Assembly: GCA_009886115.1 (NCBI GenBank)
Contig: VFJJ01000100.1
Location: 1 to 56,154, forward strand
Length of the DNA: 56,154 bases
Reading direction: 5' to 3'
Source: Actinomycetota bacterium
GTDB taxonomy: Bacteria; Actinomycetota; Acidimicrobiia; IMCC26256; VFJJ01
A program made the position numbers and the translations under genes. The notes under the pieces are model-generated. The model saw only the letters and a list, made by a program, of their open reading frames with translations. It ran no database searches and was not told the origin of the DNA. Below are positions 1 through 8,936 of the stretch, in pieces (within the stretch, counting starts at the first letter, position 1; every line of letters starts with the position of its first letter).

Positions 1-2
1 GC

Positions 3-806
3 ACGGCCGCGTGGCTCGCCGAGTACGTCGAGAGCCATCCGGGCGTGCGCGTGATCGCCAACGCCGCCAACGTCGGGTTCTCGGCGGCATGCAACCTGGG
101 CGTCGAGGCCTCGACCGCCGAGTACGTCGTGTTCCTCAACCCCGACACCGTGGTCACCGAGCACTGGCTCCGGCGGATGCAGGCGCACGTCCACCGGGCC
201 GACGCGCTGGCTCCCGTCGGCGCCGTCGGCCCCGTCAGCGACACCGTGGCCGGCGGGCAGAAGTGGGGTTGGTACCTGCCCGATGCCGAGGCCAAGGTCG
301 CCGATCCCGACGAGGCTGCTCGACGCCTCGTCGCCGAGCGCAGCGGGCAGTCGGTCACGACGCGGCTGCTCATCGGGTTCTGCCTCATGGTGCCGAGGGC
401 CGTCCTCGACGAGGTCGGCTGGCTCGATCCCGAGCTGTTCCTGGGCAACGACGACCTCGACCTGTCGTGGCGCCTCCGCCGAGCCGGCTACCAACTGCGG
501 ATCGCGCTCGACACGTTCGTCGCGCACGAGGGTCAGGTGTCGTTCCGGTCCGAGCCCAAGCCCTTGACCAAGCGTCTGGTGCAAGAGAGCACCGACGCCC
601 TGGCCCGCAAGCTCCTTGCCCACTACGGACCGGGTCTCGTCCCCACCTCCGAGGAACTCTGGGGCATGGCCTGGTTCACCCCGTCCTTCGATCTCTGGGG
701 GGCCGACCGGACCGAGCACCCGACGGTTTCGACCCTCGACGGCTCACCTGGCACCTCCCCGCACGCCAGTCGGGAGCGCCGAGGCCTGCGCGTCACACCT
801 GATTGA
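3..806 (+). CDS. GT2 family glycosyltransferase, 5'-truncated by window edge
   Basis: Frame is open from base 3 (TAAWLAEY...VRVIANAANVGFSAACNLG). Motifs VVFLNPDT, GFCLMV, GNDDLDLSWRL are typical of GT2/rhamnosyltransferase-like enzymes. Confidence 0.85.
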   Translation, partial: TAAWLAEYVESHPGVRVIANAANVGFSAACNLGVEASTAEYVVFLNPDTVVTEHWLRRMQAHVHRADALAPVGAVGPVSDTVAGGQKWGWYLPDAEAKVADPDEAARRLVAERSGQSVTTRLLIGFCLMVPRAVLDEVGWLDPELFLGNDDLDLSWRLRRAGYQLRIALDTFVAHEGQVSFRSEPKPLTKRLVQESTDALARKLLAHYGPGLVPTSEELWGMAWFTPSFDLWGADRTEHPTVSTLDGSPGTSPHASRERRGLRVTPD

Positions 807-846
807 TGATGACAACACCATCGGCACGGGACGAACACGGAGAACG

Positions 847-1635
847 ATGATGAGCGAGATTCACAGCGCGGACATCCTCAGGGACAAGAGCCACGGGGTC
901 CGGGCATCGAGCGGCGTCGTGAGCGCCGAGGAGAAGCTCACCGATCTCATGCGAGCGTTCCCGGCGCCGGCACGCGACCTCGCTCACGCCCTGCCGTTGT
1001 TCGTGATGCCCCATGTGGTGCGCCGGATGATGTTCTTCGCCGACCTGTACCGTCTCGTGCTCGACGTCCCTGGTGTGATCATGGAGTTCGGCGTGCGATA
1101 CGGCCGGGACCTGGCGACCCTCATCGGTCTGCGAACCCTGTACGAGCCACTGAACTACTCGCGCAAGATCATCGGGTTCGACACCTTCACCGGGTTCCCG
1201 TCGGTCGACCAGAAGGACGGTGCAGTCAACGACCGGGCCGAAGGGGCCTTCTTCATCGGCGAGGATTACGACCGTTACCTCGCCCACGTGCTCGGGACGC
1301 TCGAGGCGATGGCGCCGTACGACCACCTGAAGAAGTTCGAGGTCGCCAAAGGCGATGCCTCCAAGACGGTGCCGCGGTATCTGAGCGATCACCCCGAAAC
1401 CATCGTCGCCCTGGCGTACTTCGACATGGATCTGTACGCGCCGACTCGGGACTGCCTCGAAGCGCTCCAGCCCCATCTCACCCGAGGGAGCGTGCTCGCG
1501 TTCGACGAGCTGAACTGTCAGGAGTTCCCGGGTGAGACCGAAGCTGTTCGCGAGGTGTTGGGGCTCGACCGAGTTCGTCTCCGTCGCTTTCCCGGGACGA
1601 ACCCGGGGCTCCCCACCTATCTCGTCGTGGAGTGA
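847..1635 (+). CDS. TylF/MycF/NovP-family sugar O-methyltransferase
   Basis: Motifs VPGVIMEFGVRYG, IIGFDTFTGFP, ALAYFDMDLYAPT, LAFDEL. ATG at 847 follows GGAGA. Confidence 0.8.
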   Translation: MMSEIHSADILRDKSHGVRASSGVVSAEEKLTDLMRAFPAPARDLAHALPLFVMPHVVRRMMFFADLYRLVLDVPGVIMEFGVRYGRDLATLIGLRTLYEPLNYSRKIIGFDTFTGFPSVDQKDGAVNDRAEGAFFIGEDYDRYLAHVLGTLEAMAPYDHLKKFEVAKGDASKTVPRYLSDHPETIVALAYFDMDLYAPTRDCLEALQPHLTRGSVLAFDELNCQEFPGETEAVREVLGLDRVRLRRFPGTNPGLPTYLVVE

Positions 1636-1700
1636 CGCCGCCGATCGACGACGCGGTCGCGCGGAGGCACCGTCCACGTTGACCCGGATTCATCGAGGGT

Positions 1701-2432
1701 TCAGGAGGGCACCCGGGCTCGCACACCGATGTTCGCGAGCGATTCCGGAGCCAGCTCGTCGGAGATGGCACACAGTGCGTCGATGAGAGCATCGGGCCAA
1801 TCCAACATCATCGAATTCGGCACGGTCTTCAGGAAGTGTCCGAACCGTGATTCCACCTCGTATCCGGCCTGCTCGAGATCATGAATGAGCGTGTCGAAGC
1901 CGTAGACGCGCTTGTGCCCGACCATCAGATCGCGCGGCGACAGGTCGTCAAGCCTGCACTGAAGTCCCATCCGGACCGCGAGCTGACGATGCAGCGATTC
2001 CCGGTTGGGAACCACCACGACCAGAGCCCCGCCGGGGACGAGCCAGTCACGGAGACGCTCGAGCAGCCGTGTCGGCTCGTCGACGTGCTCGAGGACATGC
2101 AATGCGAGCGCGGCGTCGTAGGGCTCGGTGGGTGTGAACGCTTCGAACAACCCCTCGTGAACGGTCAGCGCCGGATGACGCGACCGGGCCTGGGCGCACA
2201 GCACGGATGATCCTTCGATGAGCTCGATGCCGACCCCCCGAGCCTGGAGCTGGGCCGTCATGAAGCCTGTGCCGTAGCCCATCTCCAGGACTCGCTCGGC
2301 GCCGTCGAGAGCCACGACGATCTGCTCGAGCCCAGCATGCTGGACCCGCTCCTCGAGCCCGAGGTCTGCGGGCGCGTCAGACAGGTAGTAGCGATCGGCG
2401 TACTCGTTCAGAGCGTCGGTGCTCAGTGCCAT
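1701..2432 (-). CDS. Class I SAM-dependent methyltransferase
   Basis: VLEMGYGTG motif I, HVLEHVDEP, LVPGGALVVVVPN. Confidence 0.85.
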   Translation of the reverse strand: MALSTDALNEYADRYYLSDAPADLGLEERVQHAGLEQIVVALDGAERVLEMGYGTGFMTAQLQARGVGIELIEGSSVLCAQARSRHPALTVHEGLFEAFTPTEPYDAALALHVLEHVDEPTRLLERLRDWLVPGGALVVVVPNRESLHRQLAVRMGLQCRLDDLSPRDLMVGHKRVYGFDTLIHDLEQAGYEVESRFGHFLKTVPNSMMLDWPDALIDALCAISDELAPESLANIGVRARVPS

Positions 2433-3832
2433 ACGGGGCTCCGATCGATGATGGCCGAGGCCGCCCACAGTCCCTGGACGATCTGCTCGTTGAGTGAATC
2501 AGCTCCGAACGCAGCTGCCCCCCCGATGACGATGGCTGGGACCCCGAGCTCGTTCCAGCGATCGCGCGCGGCCTGGAACTTGACAAGGTTCGTGAACGTG
2601 GGATCGGTGAAAGAGTTCGCGGCGATCTGATGGATGCTCTGGACGCACGATCCGTCTTCGACCACGCCCAGCCGTTCCAGGTGCTGGCCTGCCATCGGGG
2701 CCAGTTCCTCGATTGCGCAGTCGTGGCGCCACTCGATGGCGAAGGTTCGCTCCCCGGGCGCCGCCGGGCCTGCGTCGCTGAGCCGGTACACCGGACAGTC
2801 GTCGTCGACGACGGTCATGACGCCGGGCGCCCCGACGAGCTTGTCCTCGGGCACGTCGACCCAGCTCAGCGCGGTGCGCGCCCGCGTGAGCTGCAGGTCG
2901 ATCCCAGCAGCACCGAAAACCTGCTCCGGGGTTGACCCCAGCACCAAGGGCCCTCGGACCTCGACAGGGCCTTGGGCCTCGAGCTGAAGGGTCACTCCGC
3001 CTGGTGTGACCGCGAGACTGCTGAGCGGACCTGAGCGGACGATGGCGACGGCGCTGCTCGATCCGAGTCGTTCGAGGAGCGCGTCGACGACCTGCCAGCT
3101 GGCTGAGCCGCTCACCGTGTGGAACCGGCGGTCGGGCCGATACGAGGGTCCGGGGCCGGCGCTGGCCTCGAAGAGGGTCTGCGGATGGAAGATGGCTGCC
3201 CAGACCTTTCGTCGAAGGGCGAGCGGCACGTCGAGCAGACCACCGGGCCGTACCTTGCGAGCGAGTGGAGCGCCGAAGAGCCGGTGGAACGAGGGGCCAT
3301 GGTTCATGAGCATCGCGTGCGACGACTGGTGGCGCCAAGGGTCCCACGGTGTTGCGCCACCCAGGACACCGTCACGGCCGATCAGCCCCACGGCATGGGC
3401 TGACTCACGGCCGATCGCTGCCAGCTCCTCGTGGGTCACGAGCTCGCGTAGCGAGGTCAGGTCGACGGTGAAGCCGAAGTCCTCGGCCACGACTCCCCTG
3501 AGGCTCAGCTGGGGTGCCGGGGCCCTGACCAGACCCTCGCCGAGAAGATCCTCGAGGTACCGTCGAACGATCGCTTGGTGTGGCCGATGCCCGCTGGGGC
3601 CCGGGACGTACTCGCCGAGCGGTACGGGCTGTTGCCCGATGCCGGAGTCGTCGTAGTCGAGCTCGAGGAGCCGTGCGCCAAGCGGGAGCCGGCGTCCTTG
3701 ATGGGCGATGCCGCGGAAACCGCTGCCGAGGTGATCCGAGACCAGGATCGCGACGCTGGTACCGGCTCTTGCGAGACGGTCCGCGCACACGAGGCTGGCG
3801 ACCGAGCCGCCGATGACGGTCACGTCATGCAT
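2423..3832 (-). CDS. FAD/NAD(P)-binding oxidoreductase (HemY/amine-oxidase-like fold), unknown substrate
   Basis: N-terminal Rossmann-like DVTVIGGSVASLVCADRLARAG. GAGGAGG RBS before ATG 3832. Overlaps both neighbours, consistent with coupling. Confidence 0.6.
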   Translation of the reverse strand: MHDVTVIGGSVASLVCADRLARAGTSVAILVSDHLGSGFRGIAHQGRRLPLGARLLELDYDDSGIGQQPVPLGEYVPGPSGHRPHQAIVRRYLEDLLGEGLVRAPAPQLSLRGVVAEDFGFTVDLTSLRELVTHEELAAIGRESAHAVGLIGRDGVLGGATPWDPWRHQSSHAMLMNHGPSFHRLFGAPLARKVRPGGLLDVPLALRRKVWAAIFHPQTLFEASAGPGPSYRPDRRFHTVSGSASWQVVDALLERLGSSSAVAIVRSGPLSSLAVTPGGVTLQLEAQGPVEVRGPLVLGSTPEQVFGAAGIDLQLTRARTALSWVDVPEDKLVGAPGVMTVVDDDCPVYRLSDAGPAAPGERTFAIEWRHDCAIEELAPMAGQHLERLGVVEDGSCVQSIHQIAANSFTDPTFTNLVKFQAARDRWNELGVPAIVIGGAAAFGADSLNEQIVQGLWAASAIIDRSPVWH

Positions 3833-5163
3833 GTGGTCCTCCTCACTGATGCCAACGTGCGGTAGCCGTCTGGTGTGCTGGGGGCCGGGCTCCACTCGCT
3901 GGTGGTGTCGTCCCCTGGCTGTCCGATCCAGATCCGTCGTCGACCGTCGGCGCTCTTGGCGAGTCGATGCCCGTCGGTGACCACGATCTCAGAGACCATC
4001 TCGGGATCGTGGCCGTTGTCTGCCAGGGTTCGGGCGACGAAACGCCCGGTCTCGTCTGCTGACCACGATGTCGTCAGATCGCGGACGATCACCAATGAGC
4101 TGGTGGCTGTGGCGTCGAGGGCCCGGACATAGCTGATGATCGTTTCCCGCAGCGAGGAGGGATCCGACCAGTCGGGGCGCAAGACGAACTCGCAGCCCTC
4201 GGGCTGGATCGCAGCGAGCGGAACATGGTCGGACGAGCTCCGATCCAGGGGGGAGTTCTCGCGACTGCCAACGAGCCGGAACAGGTCTTGACATGCCTTC
4301 CCCAGTGTGTCGACGAGCTCAGGTTCGTCGACGAGCGAGAGCTGATACGCGGCCGCAGAGAGAACGCGCGCCGCGGCTGTCCTGGTCGTTCGGATGTCGG
4401 CGAGAAAGCCGAGACCCGGCGCGGCCTCGAGGAGCCGTACCCAGTCCCTGACGCCGATCACACCTGTGCGACGGTCCCGTGAGCTCTGCCCTGGGTGAAT
4501 CCGAAACGAGCTCAACGTCTCGGTCTCGTACCACAGGTCGCCCCGGCCCAGGAGCTGGAGCCAGAGCCAGATGTCGGCGTTGGTCGTGAAGCAGTAGCTG
4601 CCCCACCACCACAGTGACGTCGAGGCGACGAGCGCGCTGCGCATCAGCACCGTCGAGACCTCGCCGATCTGGTTGCAGGTCGTCCCAAGCATGAGCTCGG
4701 CAACGCTGTGCGCGTTCAGCGTGCCCGTGACCGTTGACAGCTGTGCTGTCGCAGATACATCGTCGAGCGGCCAGCCGTACTGGTCGATGAGCCGGCGACG
4801 CGACGTGGAGAACGCGAGTGACCGATCGGCGATGAGCGGCTGCACCAGACGGGTGACGGCATCGGGCTCGAGGGTGTCGTCCTGCAGGAGCGGCTTGAGG
4901 AACTCGCCGTGAACGGCGGCGTAGAGCTCCCGTTGGTTGAGCGCCGGTCCCAGATTGTGCGGACGTTCGAGCAGACGGATACGCGAGTCGGCCCGAGCAG
5001 CCGCGCGGGCGATCTCGAGCGTTCCGTCGGTCGAGCAGTCGTCGGCGATGACGATCTCGAGGTTCTCCCAGTCCTGGCTCTGAGCTGACCGTAGCGTGGC
5101 CGCCAGAAATGCCGCCCCGTTGTAGGTTGGCATGGCGATGCTCACGAGCGGCGACGACGTCAT
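3820..5163 (-). CDS. GT2 glycosyltransferase with extra C-terminal domain
   Basis: VSIAMPTYNG, IADDCSTDGT, LLQDD. About 130 additional C-terminal residues. Confidence 0.85.
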   Translation of the reverse strand: MTSSPLVSIAMPTYNGAAFLAATLRSAQSQDWENLEIVIADDCSTDGTLEIARAAARADSRIRLLERPHNLGPALNQRELYAAVHGEFLKPLLQDDTLEPDAVTRLVQPLIADRSLAFSTSRRRLIDQYGWPLDDVSATAQLSTVTGTLNAHSVAELMLGTTCNQIGEVSTVLMRSALVASTSLWWWGSYCFTTNADIWLWLQLLGRGDLWYETETLSSFRIHPGQSSRDRRTGVIGVRDWVRLLEAAPGLGFLADIRTTRTAAARVLSAAAYQLSLVDEPELVDTLGKACQDLFRLVGSRENSPLDRSSSDHVPLAAIQPEGCEFVLRPDWSDPSSLRETIISYVRALDATATSSLVIVRDLTTSWSADETGRFVARTLADNGHDPEMVSEIVVTDGHRLAKSADGRRRIWIGQPGDDTTSEWSPAPSTPDGYRTLASVRRTTCMT

Positions 5164-5891
5164 GGCGATTCCTCCGCCGGTCTCGCTGCCAAGACGAGGT
5201 AGTTGATCGCGCAGTTCCCTGGAAGATGATGGGCGACACGCACGAAGCCCTCGATGACCTCCTCGGGCAAGGTCTCCATCAGGGAATTCGGAAGGGGCTT
5301 GAACAGCACGCCTTCACGGTGCAGCACCTCGAGCCCCGCCATCGCTCCCATGCATGCGAGCTCGTCGGCCAGGTAGAGGCGTTTGGTCGAATAGTTGCGC
5401 CCTCGCTCCGACACCGTGCTGAGGTCGGAGATGAGCCCCATCTCCAGTGCCACCAGGCGGTGCAACGACAAGGGGTTCTGGTGGGTGAGATGCAGGTGCC
5501 CGTCAGGCGCGAGCGCGTTCCGGCACCGTTCCAGGAACCGGTGGGGATCGTCGAGCTCGTGGATCACGTTCGCCGCCACGACGTGGTCGAACTGCCCATC
5601 GGGGAGACCCTGCTCGATGTCGGCTTCGATGAGATCGACACCGGTGAGACCCCGCGCCTCGACCCGATCGAGATAGGTCCTCGCCCGGTCGAGTGCCGTC
5701 ACCCGGGCTCCCGCATCGACGAGCACAGCGGTCATGGCTCCCGTTGCGCAGCCGAGCTCGAGCACCCGGTCGCCCGGCGTGATCCACGCGGCGATCCGAT
5801 CGACGCTGGCCTTGGTGTACCAACGATCGAAGTCGTGGTCGGGGTCGTAGCACGCCGAGTAGTCGGAGGTTTCGGTCTCGGTTTCGGTCAC
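5160..5891 (-). CDS. Class I SAM-dependent methyltransferase (paralog of 1701-2432)
   Basis: VLELGCATG, NVIHELDDP. C-terminal HRLVALEMG...KRLY...FKPLPNSLM parallels HRQLAVRMG...KRVY...LKTVPNSMM. Confidence 0.85.
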   Translation of the reverse strand: MTETETETSDYSACYDPDHDFDRWYTKASVDRIAAWITPGDRVLELGCATGAMTAVLVDAGARVTALDRARTYLDRVEARGLTGVDLIEADIEQGLPDGQFDHVVAANVIHELDDPHRFLERCRNALAPDGHLHLTHQNPLSLHRLVALEMGLISDLSTVSERGRNYSTKRLYLADELACMGAMAGLEVLHREGVLFKPLPNSLMETLPEEVIEGFVRVAHHLPGNCAINYLVLAARPAEESP

Positions 5892-6871
5892 GATGGGCCT
5901 CGACGGGTGCTCGCCGAGAGGTCGAGCCGGAGCGACGGCCGCGCCCCGATGCTCTGCTTGAACTGGATCAGCCCGTGGTTGGGTCGGCCCTGCTCACTGG
6001 AGATACCGAGATCGAGCAGCGTCACGCCGTCGGCCAGCGAGCGATCGACGACGTGGTACGCCAGGGCGTTCATCGGCGAGTGCTCCAACCGGTGGTCGTC
6101 GCCCCAGGCCACGACGTAGTCGCGCCCCGGTGCAACCCGATACACGAGTGACGCGGCCACCGGTCGGGTGCCGTGATACAGGGTCTGCATGCGTACACGC
6201 CCCGGGAAGGCATCGCGGATTCGCAGCACGTACGAGAACGACAGCCGCATGGGCCGTTCGCGTGACTGGCGATTGCGCTCGATGACACCGTATCCGGCCG
6301 CCCATTCGGCGTCGGTCGATGCGTCGACGGCCGTGCAACCCAGGGCCATGCTGTGGCGCAACGCCTTGCGGGCGGGCTTCTTCAGAGTTGCTGTGTATTC
6401 GTCGGTGCTGGTGTGGTCAGCGAGGTCGATCTGGAAGTTGAGCTCGCACGCCGTGATCGTGAAGCCCAGGTTCAGGGCGAGGAACGCGATGGTGGGCTCC
6501 GACGCCGAATAGGCGTCGGCGCGGGCGCGGACGTTGACGGTGGTCACGCCGAGCCCGTCGAGGCTCAGCAGCGAACCGCGGATGAGCTGCTCCAGATGGG
6601 CCGCGGTCTCGGTGTCGCGGACGAGGTCGATACCGCCGAACGGCGCGCGGTGTCCGGAGGTGAACGTTGGACCGTCGACCACACCGGCGAGGCTCCCGAC
6701 CGTGCGGCCGTCAGCGGTCAGAGTGTCGAGGCGGACGTAGCGCTCCGATCCGTCGAGGTTCAGCTCGTGGTATCGACGGGTGTTGAAGAGCGAGAGGTGC
6801 GCTGGCTCACCGGGGTCGTGCGAGGTGTCGACTGTCGAGGTCGTGCTCGATGAGAGCGTATCAACGAGCAT
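5888..6871 (-). CDS. GNAT/FemAB-like N-acyltransferase
   Basis: RAPFGG, RKALRHS, LLDLGISSEQGRPNHGLIQFKQSIGA are typical of FemAB-like GNATs next to amino-sugar genes. Confidence 0.7.
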   Translation of the reverse strand: MLVDTLSSSTTSTVDTSHDPGEPAHLSLFNTRRYHELNLDGSERYVRLDTLTADGRTVGSLAGVVDGPTFTSGHRAPFGGIDLVRDTETAAHLEQLIRGSLLSLDGLGVTTVNVRARADAYSASEPTIAFLALNLGFTITACELNFQIDLADHTSTDEYTATLKKPARKALRHSMALGCTAVDASTDAEWAAGYGVIERNRQSRERPMRLSFSYVLRIRDAFPGRVRMQTLYHGTRPVAASLVYRVAPGRDYVVAWGDDHRLEHSPMNALAYHVVDRSLADGVTLLDLGISSEQGRPNHGLIQFKQSIGARPSLRLDLSASTRRGPS

Positions 6872-6875
6872 CGGA

Positions 6876-8012
6876 TCACACCGCCCGTGTCGCGACGAGC
6901 GCGTCGCGGTCGAAGGCCGTGATGGCGTTGGCGACACGCTCCACGTGGTGGGTTCGGAGGTGGGGTCCCATCGGCAGGCTCAGCACCCGTTCGGCGAGCA
7001 TGTCGGTGACCGGGAGGGGCGCGCGGACCAGATCGGCGTAGGCGGCCTGACGGTGCGGAGGCGTCGGATAGTGCACCTGTGTCTCGATCCCCTGGCGCTG
7101 CAGGTGCGCCTGCAAGCGGGTGCGATCGTCGGTCTGCACCACGTAGAGGTGCCAGACGTGGCTCTCGCTCGCGTCGTGACCCGGCGGCGGCGCGGGCCGG
7201 TCGACGCTCGTCCATTCGAGCGCCGTGGCGTACAGGTCGGCCGTTTCCCGGCGGCGCGTGTTCCACTCGTCGAGGTGGGGGAGCTTGACCCGCAGCAGTG
7301 CGGCCTGGAGCTCGTCGAGCCGGCTGTTGCAGCCCAGCGACTCGTGCACGTAGCGCTCGACCGAGCCGTAGTTGCGGAGCTTGCGCACACGCTCGGCCAC
7401 CGCCGGGTCGTTCGTGGTGACCGCTCCACCGTCGCCGAGCGCCCCGAGGTTCTTGCCCGGGTAGAAGCTGAACGCCGCGGCGTGGCCGAACGATCCGGCG
7501 GCCCCGCGCGCGCCCAGCCGGGCGCCGTGGGCTTGGGCTGCGTCCTCGACGAGGGCGAGGCCGTGACGGGTGGCCAGCGCGCTCAGGCCGTCGACGTCGG
7601 CCAGACGCCCGTAGAGGTGCACGGGCATGATCGCTGCGGTACGGCTCGTGATGGCCGCCGCGCACGCCTCGACGGTCATGTTCAGCGTGACGGGGTCGGG
7701 GTCGACGGGCACCGGTGTGGCCCCCGACATCGTGACCGCGAGCCACGTGGCGACGAAGGTGTTGCCGGGAACCACGACCTCGTCGCCGGGCCCGACACCC
7801 AGTGCCCGCAAGGAGAGGTGGAGCGCGTCGAGGCCGTTGCCGACGCCGATCGCGTGGGCGACGCCGCAGTGTCCGGCGAACTCCTCCTCGAACGACGCGG
7901 TCTCGGGGCCCAGCACGAAACGCCCGCCGAGCATCACCCGTCGGGCGGCCTTCTCCAGCTCGGACGTGATCGGGCCGTGGATCGCCTGCAGGTCGAGGAA
8001 CGGGACCCTCAT
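6876..8012 (-). CDS. fdtB: DegT/DnrJ/EryC1/StrS aminotransferase (dTDP-3-keto-6-deoxyhexose aminotransferase)
   Basis: VPFLDL, GNGLDAL, EDAAQAHGA, FSFYPGKNLGALGDGG (PLP lysine), NSRLDELQAA. Directly downstream of fdtA. Confidence 0.85.
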   Translation of the reverse strand: MRVPFLDLQAIHGPITSELEKAARRVMLGGRFVLGPETASFEEEFAGHCGVAHAIGVGNGLDALHLSLRALGVGPGDEVVVPGNTFVATWLAVTMSGATPVPVDPDPVTLNMTVEACAAAITSRTAAIMPVHLYGRLADVDGLSALATRHGLALVEDAAQAHGARLGARGAAGSFGHAAAFSFYPGKNLGALGDGGAVTTNDPAVAERVRKLRNYGSVERYVHESLGCNSRLDELQAALLRVKLPHLDEWNTRRRETADLYATALEWTSVDRPAPPPGHDASESHVWHLYVVQTDDRTRLQAHLQRQGIETQVHYPTPPHRQAAYADLVRAPLPVTDMLAERVLSLPMGPHLRTHHVERVANAITAFDRDALVATRAV

Positions 8013-8623
8013 GGCTCCGGGTCCGATCCGGCGCGCGTGGGGAGGCGATCGATGGCGCGGGACCCCAGGTGCGGCACCGGCTGCGTGGACGTGGACCCGG
8101 ACGTGAACGTGGACGTCGACGCGTTGTGGGCGAACGTGGCGGCGAGGAACTCGTCGTAGTCGCGGTAGTAGTCGCTCGCGTCGTAGTGCTCGGACGCCAG
8201 CACGAGACACACCGAGCCCGACGAGAAGTTCTCGAGGTCACGCCAGCACATCGCCGGGATGTACAGGCCGTAGTACGACCGGTTGAGGAAGATCCGCTCG
8301 CGTGTCGTGCCGTCGTCGACGACCACGTCGAAGCTCCCCGACGCCGCGATGAGGAGCTGCTGGAGCTGCTTGTGGGCGTGCCCGCCCCGGTTCGTCCCGC
8401 CGGGGACGTCGTAGAGGTAGTAGACGCGCCGGCATTCGAAGGGGATGTGCTGGCCCGCCTCGATGGCCGTGAGGTTCCCCCGGGGGTCGGTGATGCGGGG
8501 GAGCTCCACGAGGCGCGCCCGCGACGGCTGCTCGTGGCGCGCCAGCGTCGCCGGTGTCTTCGGGGTGGCGCCCGACGGCGGTGCCTCCGTATCGAGCCGC
8601 TCGGGGCCGAAATGCAGCTTCAC
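8009..8623 (-). CDS. fdtA: FdtA/QdtA cupin dTDP-4-keto-6-deoxyglucose 3,4-ketoisomerase
   Basis: DPRGNLTAIE, RVYYLYDVP, RGGHAHK (catalytic His pair), LVLASEHYDASDYYRDY. GTG start at 8623 is uncertain. Confidence 0.88.
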   Translation of the reverse strand: MKLHFGPERLDTEAPPSGATPKTPATLARHEQPSRARLVELPRITDPRGNLTAIEAGQHIPFECRRVYYLYDVPGGTNRGGHAHKQLQQLLIAASGSFDVVVDDGTTRERIFLNRSYYGLYIPAMCWRDLENFSSGSVCLVLASEHYDASDYYRDYDEFLAATFAHNASTSTFTSGSTSTQPVPHLGSRAIDRLPTRAGSDPEP

Positions 8624-8632
8624 CCGGACAAC

Positions 8633-8659
8633 TTCGGCATCGCGAGCGGTCGGGTTGAG
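8633..8659 (-). promoter_or_regulatory. Sigma28/FliA-type promoter for the fdtA operon (probably leaderless)
   Basis: Minus strand reads CTCA-N17-GCCGAA, 9 nt before the GTG at 8623. This matches the CTCA-N15-17-GCCGAA consensus I recall for Actinoplanes flagellar promoters. Confidence 0.6.
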
Positions 8660-8719
8660 GACGGCTCGGTCGCAAGCGGGTGCAAAGGGACGACGCGCCG
8701 AAGCCGTCGGCCGACCGCG

Positions 8720-8746
8720 CTCAAGACCCTGCGTCGGCGTGTCGAT
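8720..8746 (+). promoter_or_regulatory. Weaker sigma28-like promoter upstream of fliF
   Basis: CTCA(8720-8723)-N17-GTCGAT(8741-8746), one mismatch to GCCGA(A/T). Confidence 0.4.
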
Positions 8747-8936
8747 GCCGGTCCGGTCGAACCATGGATGGAATCGCCACGACGGATCGTGGCATGCCCT
8801 CGCACTCTCTCTCGGGGTGGTGGATGTTCCATCAGTCGTTGTCGATACGCGCCGTGAGCTCGGACACCGAGCCCGGCAACCACGTGCGGATCGCCGCTGG
8901 CCTCGCCGCGTCCCGTCGCACGCACGGGGATGACCG

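Noticed and set aside
8670..8720. Possible c-di-GMP riboswitch upstream of fliF (GCAAA...GGGACG...AAGCC)
   Set aside because: Only scattered words match; I could not build the P2/P3 stems or the GNRA loop. An Rfam scan would settle it.
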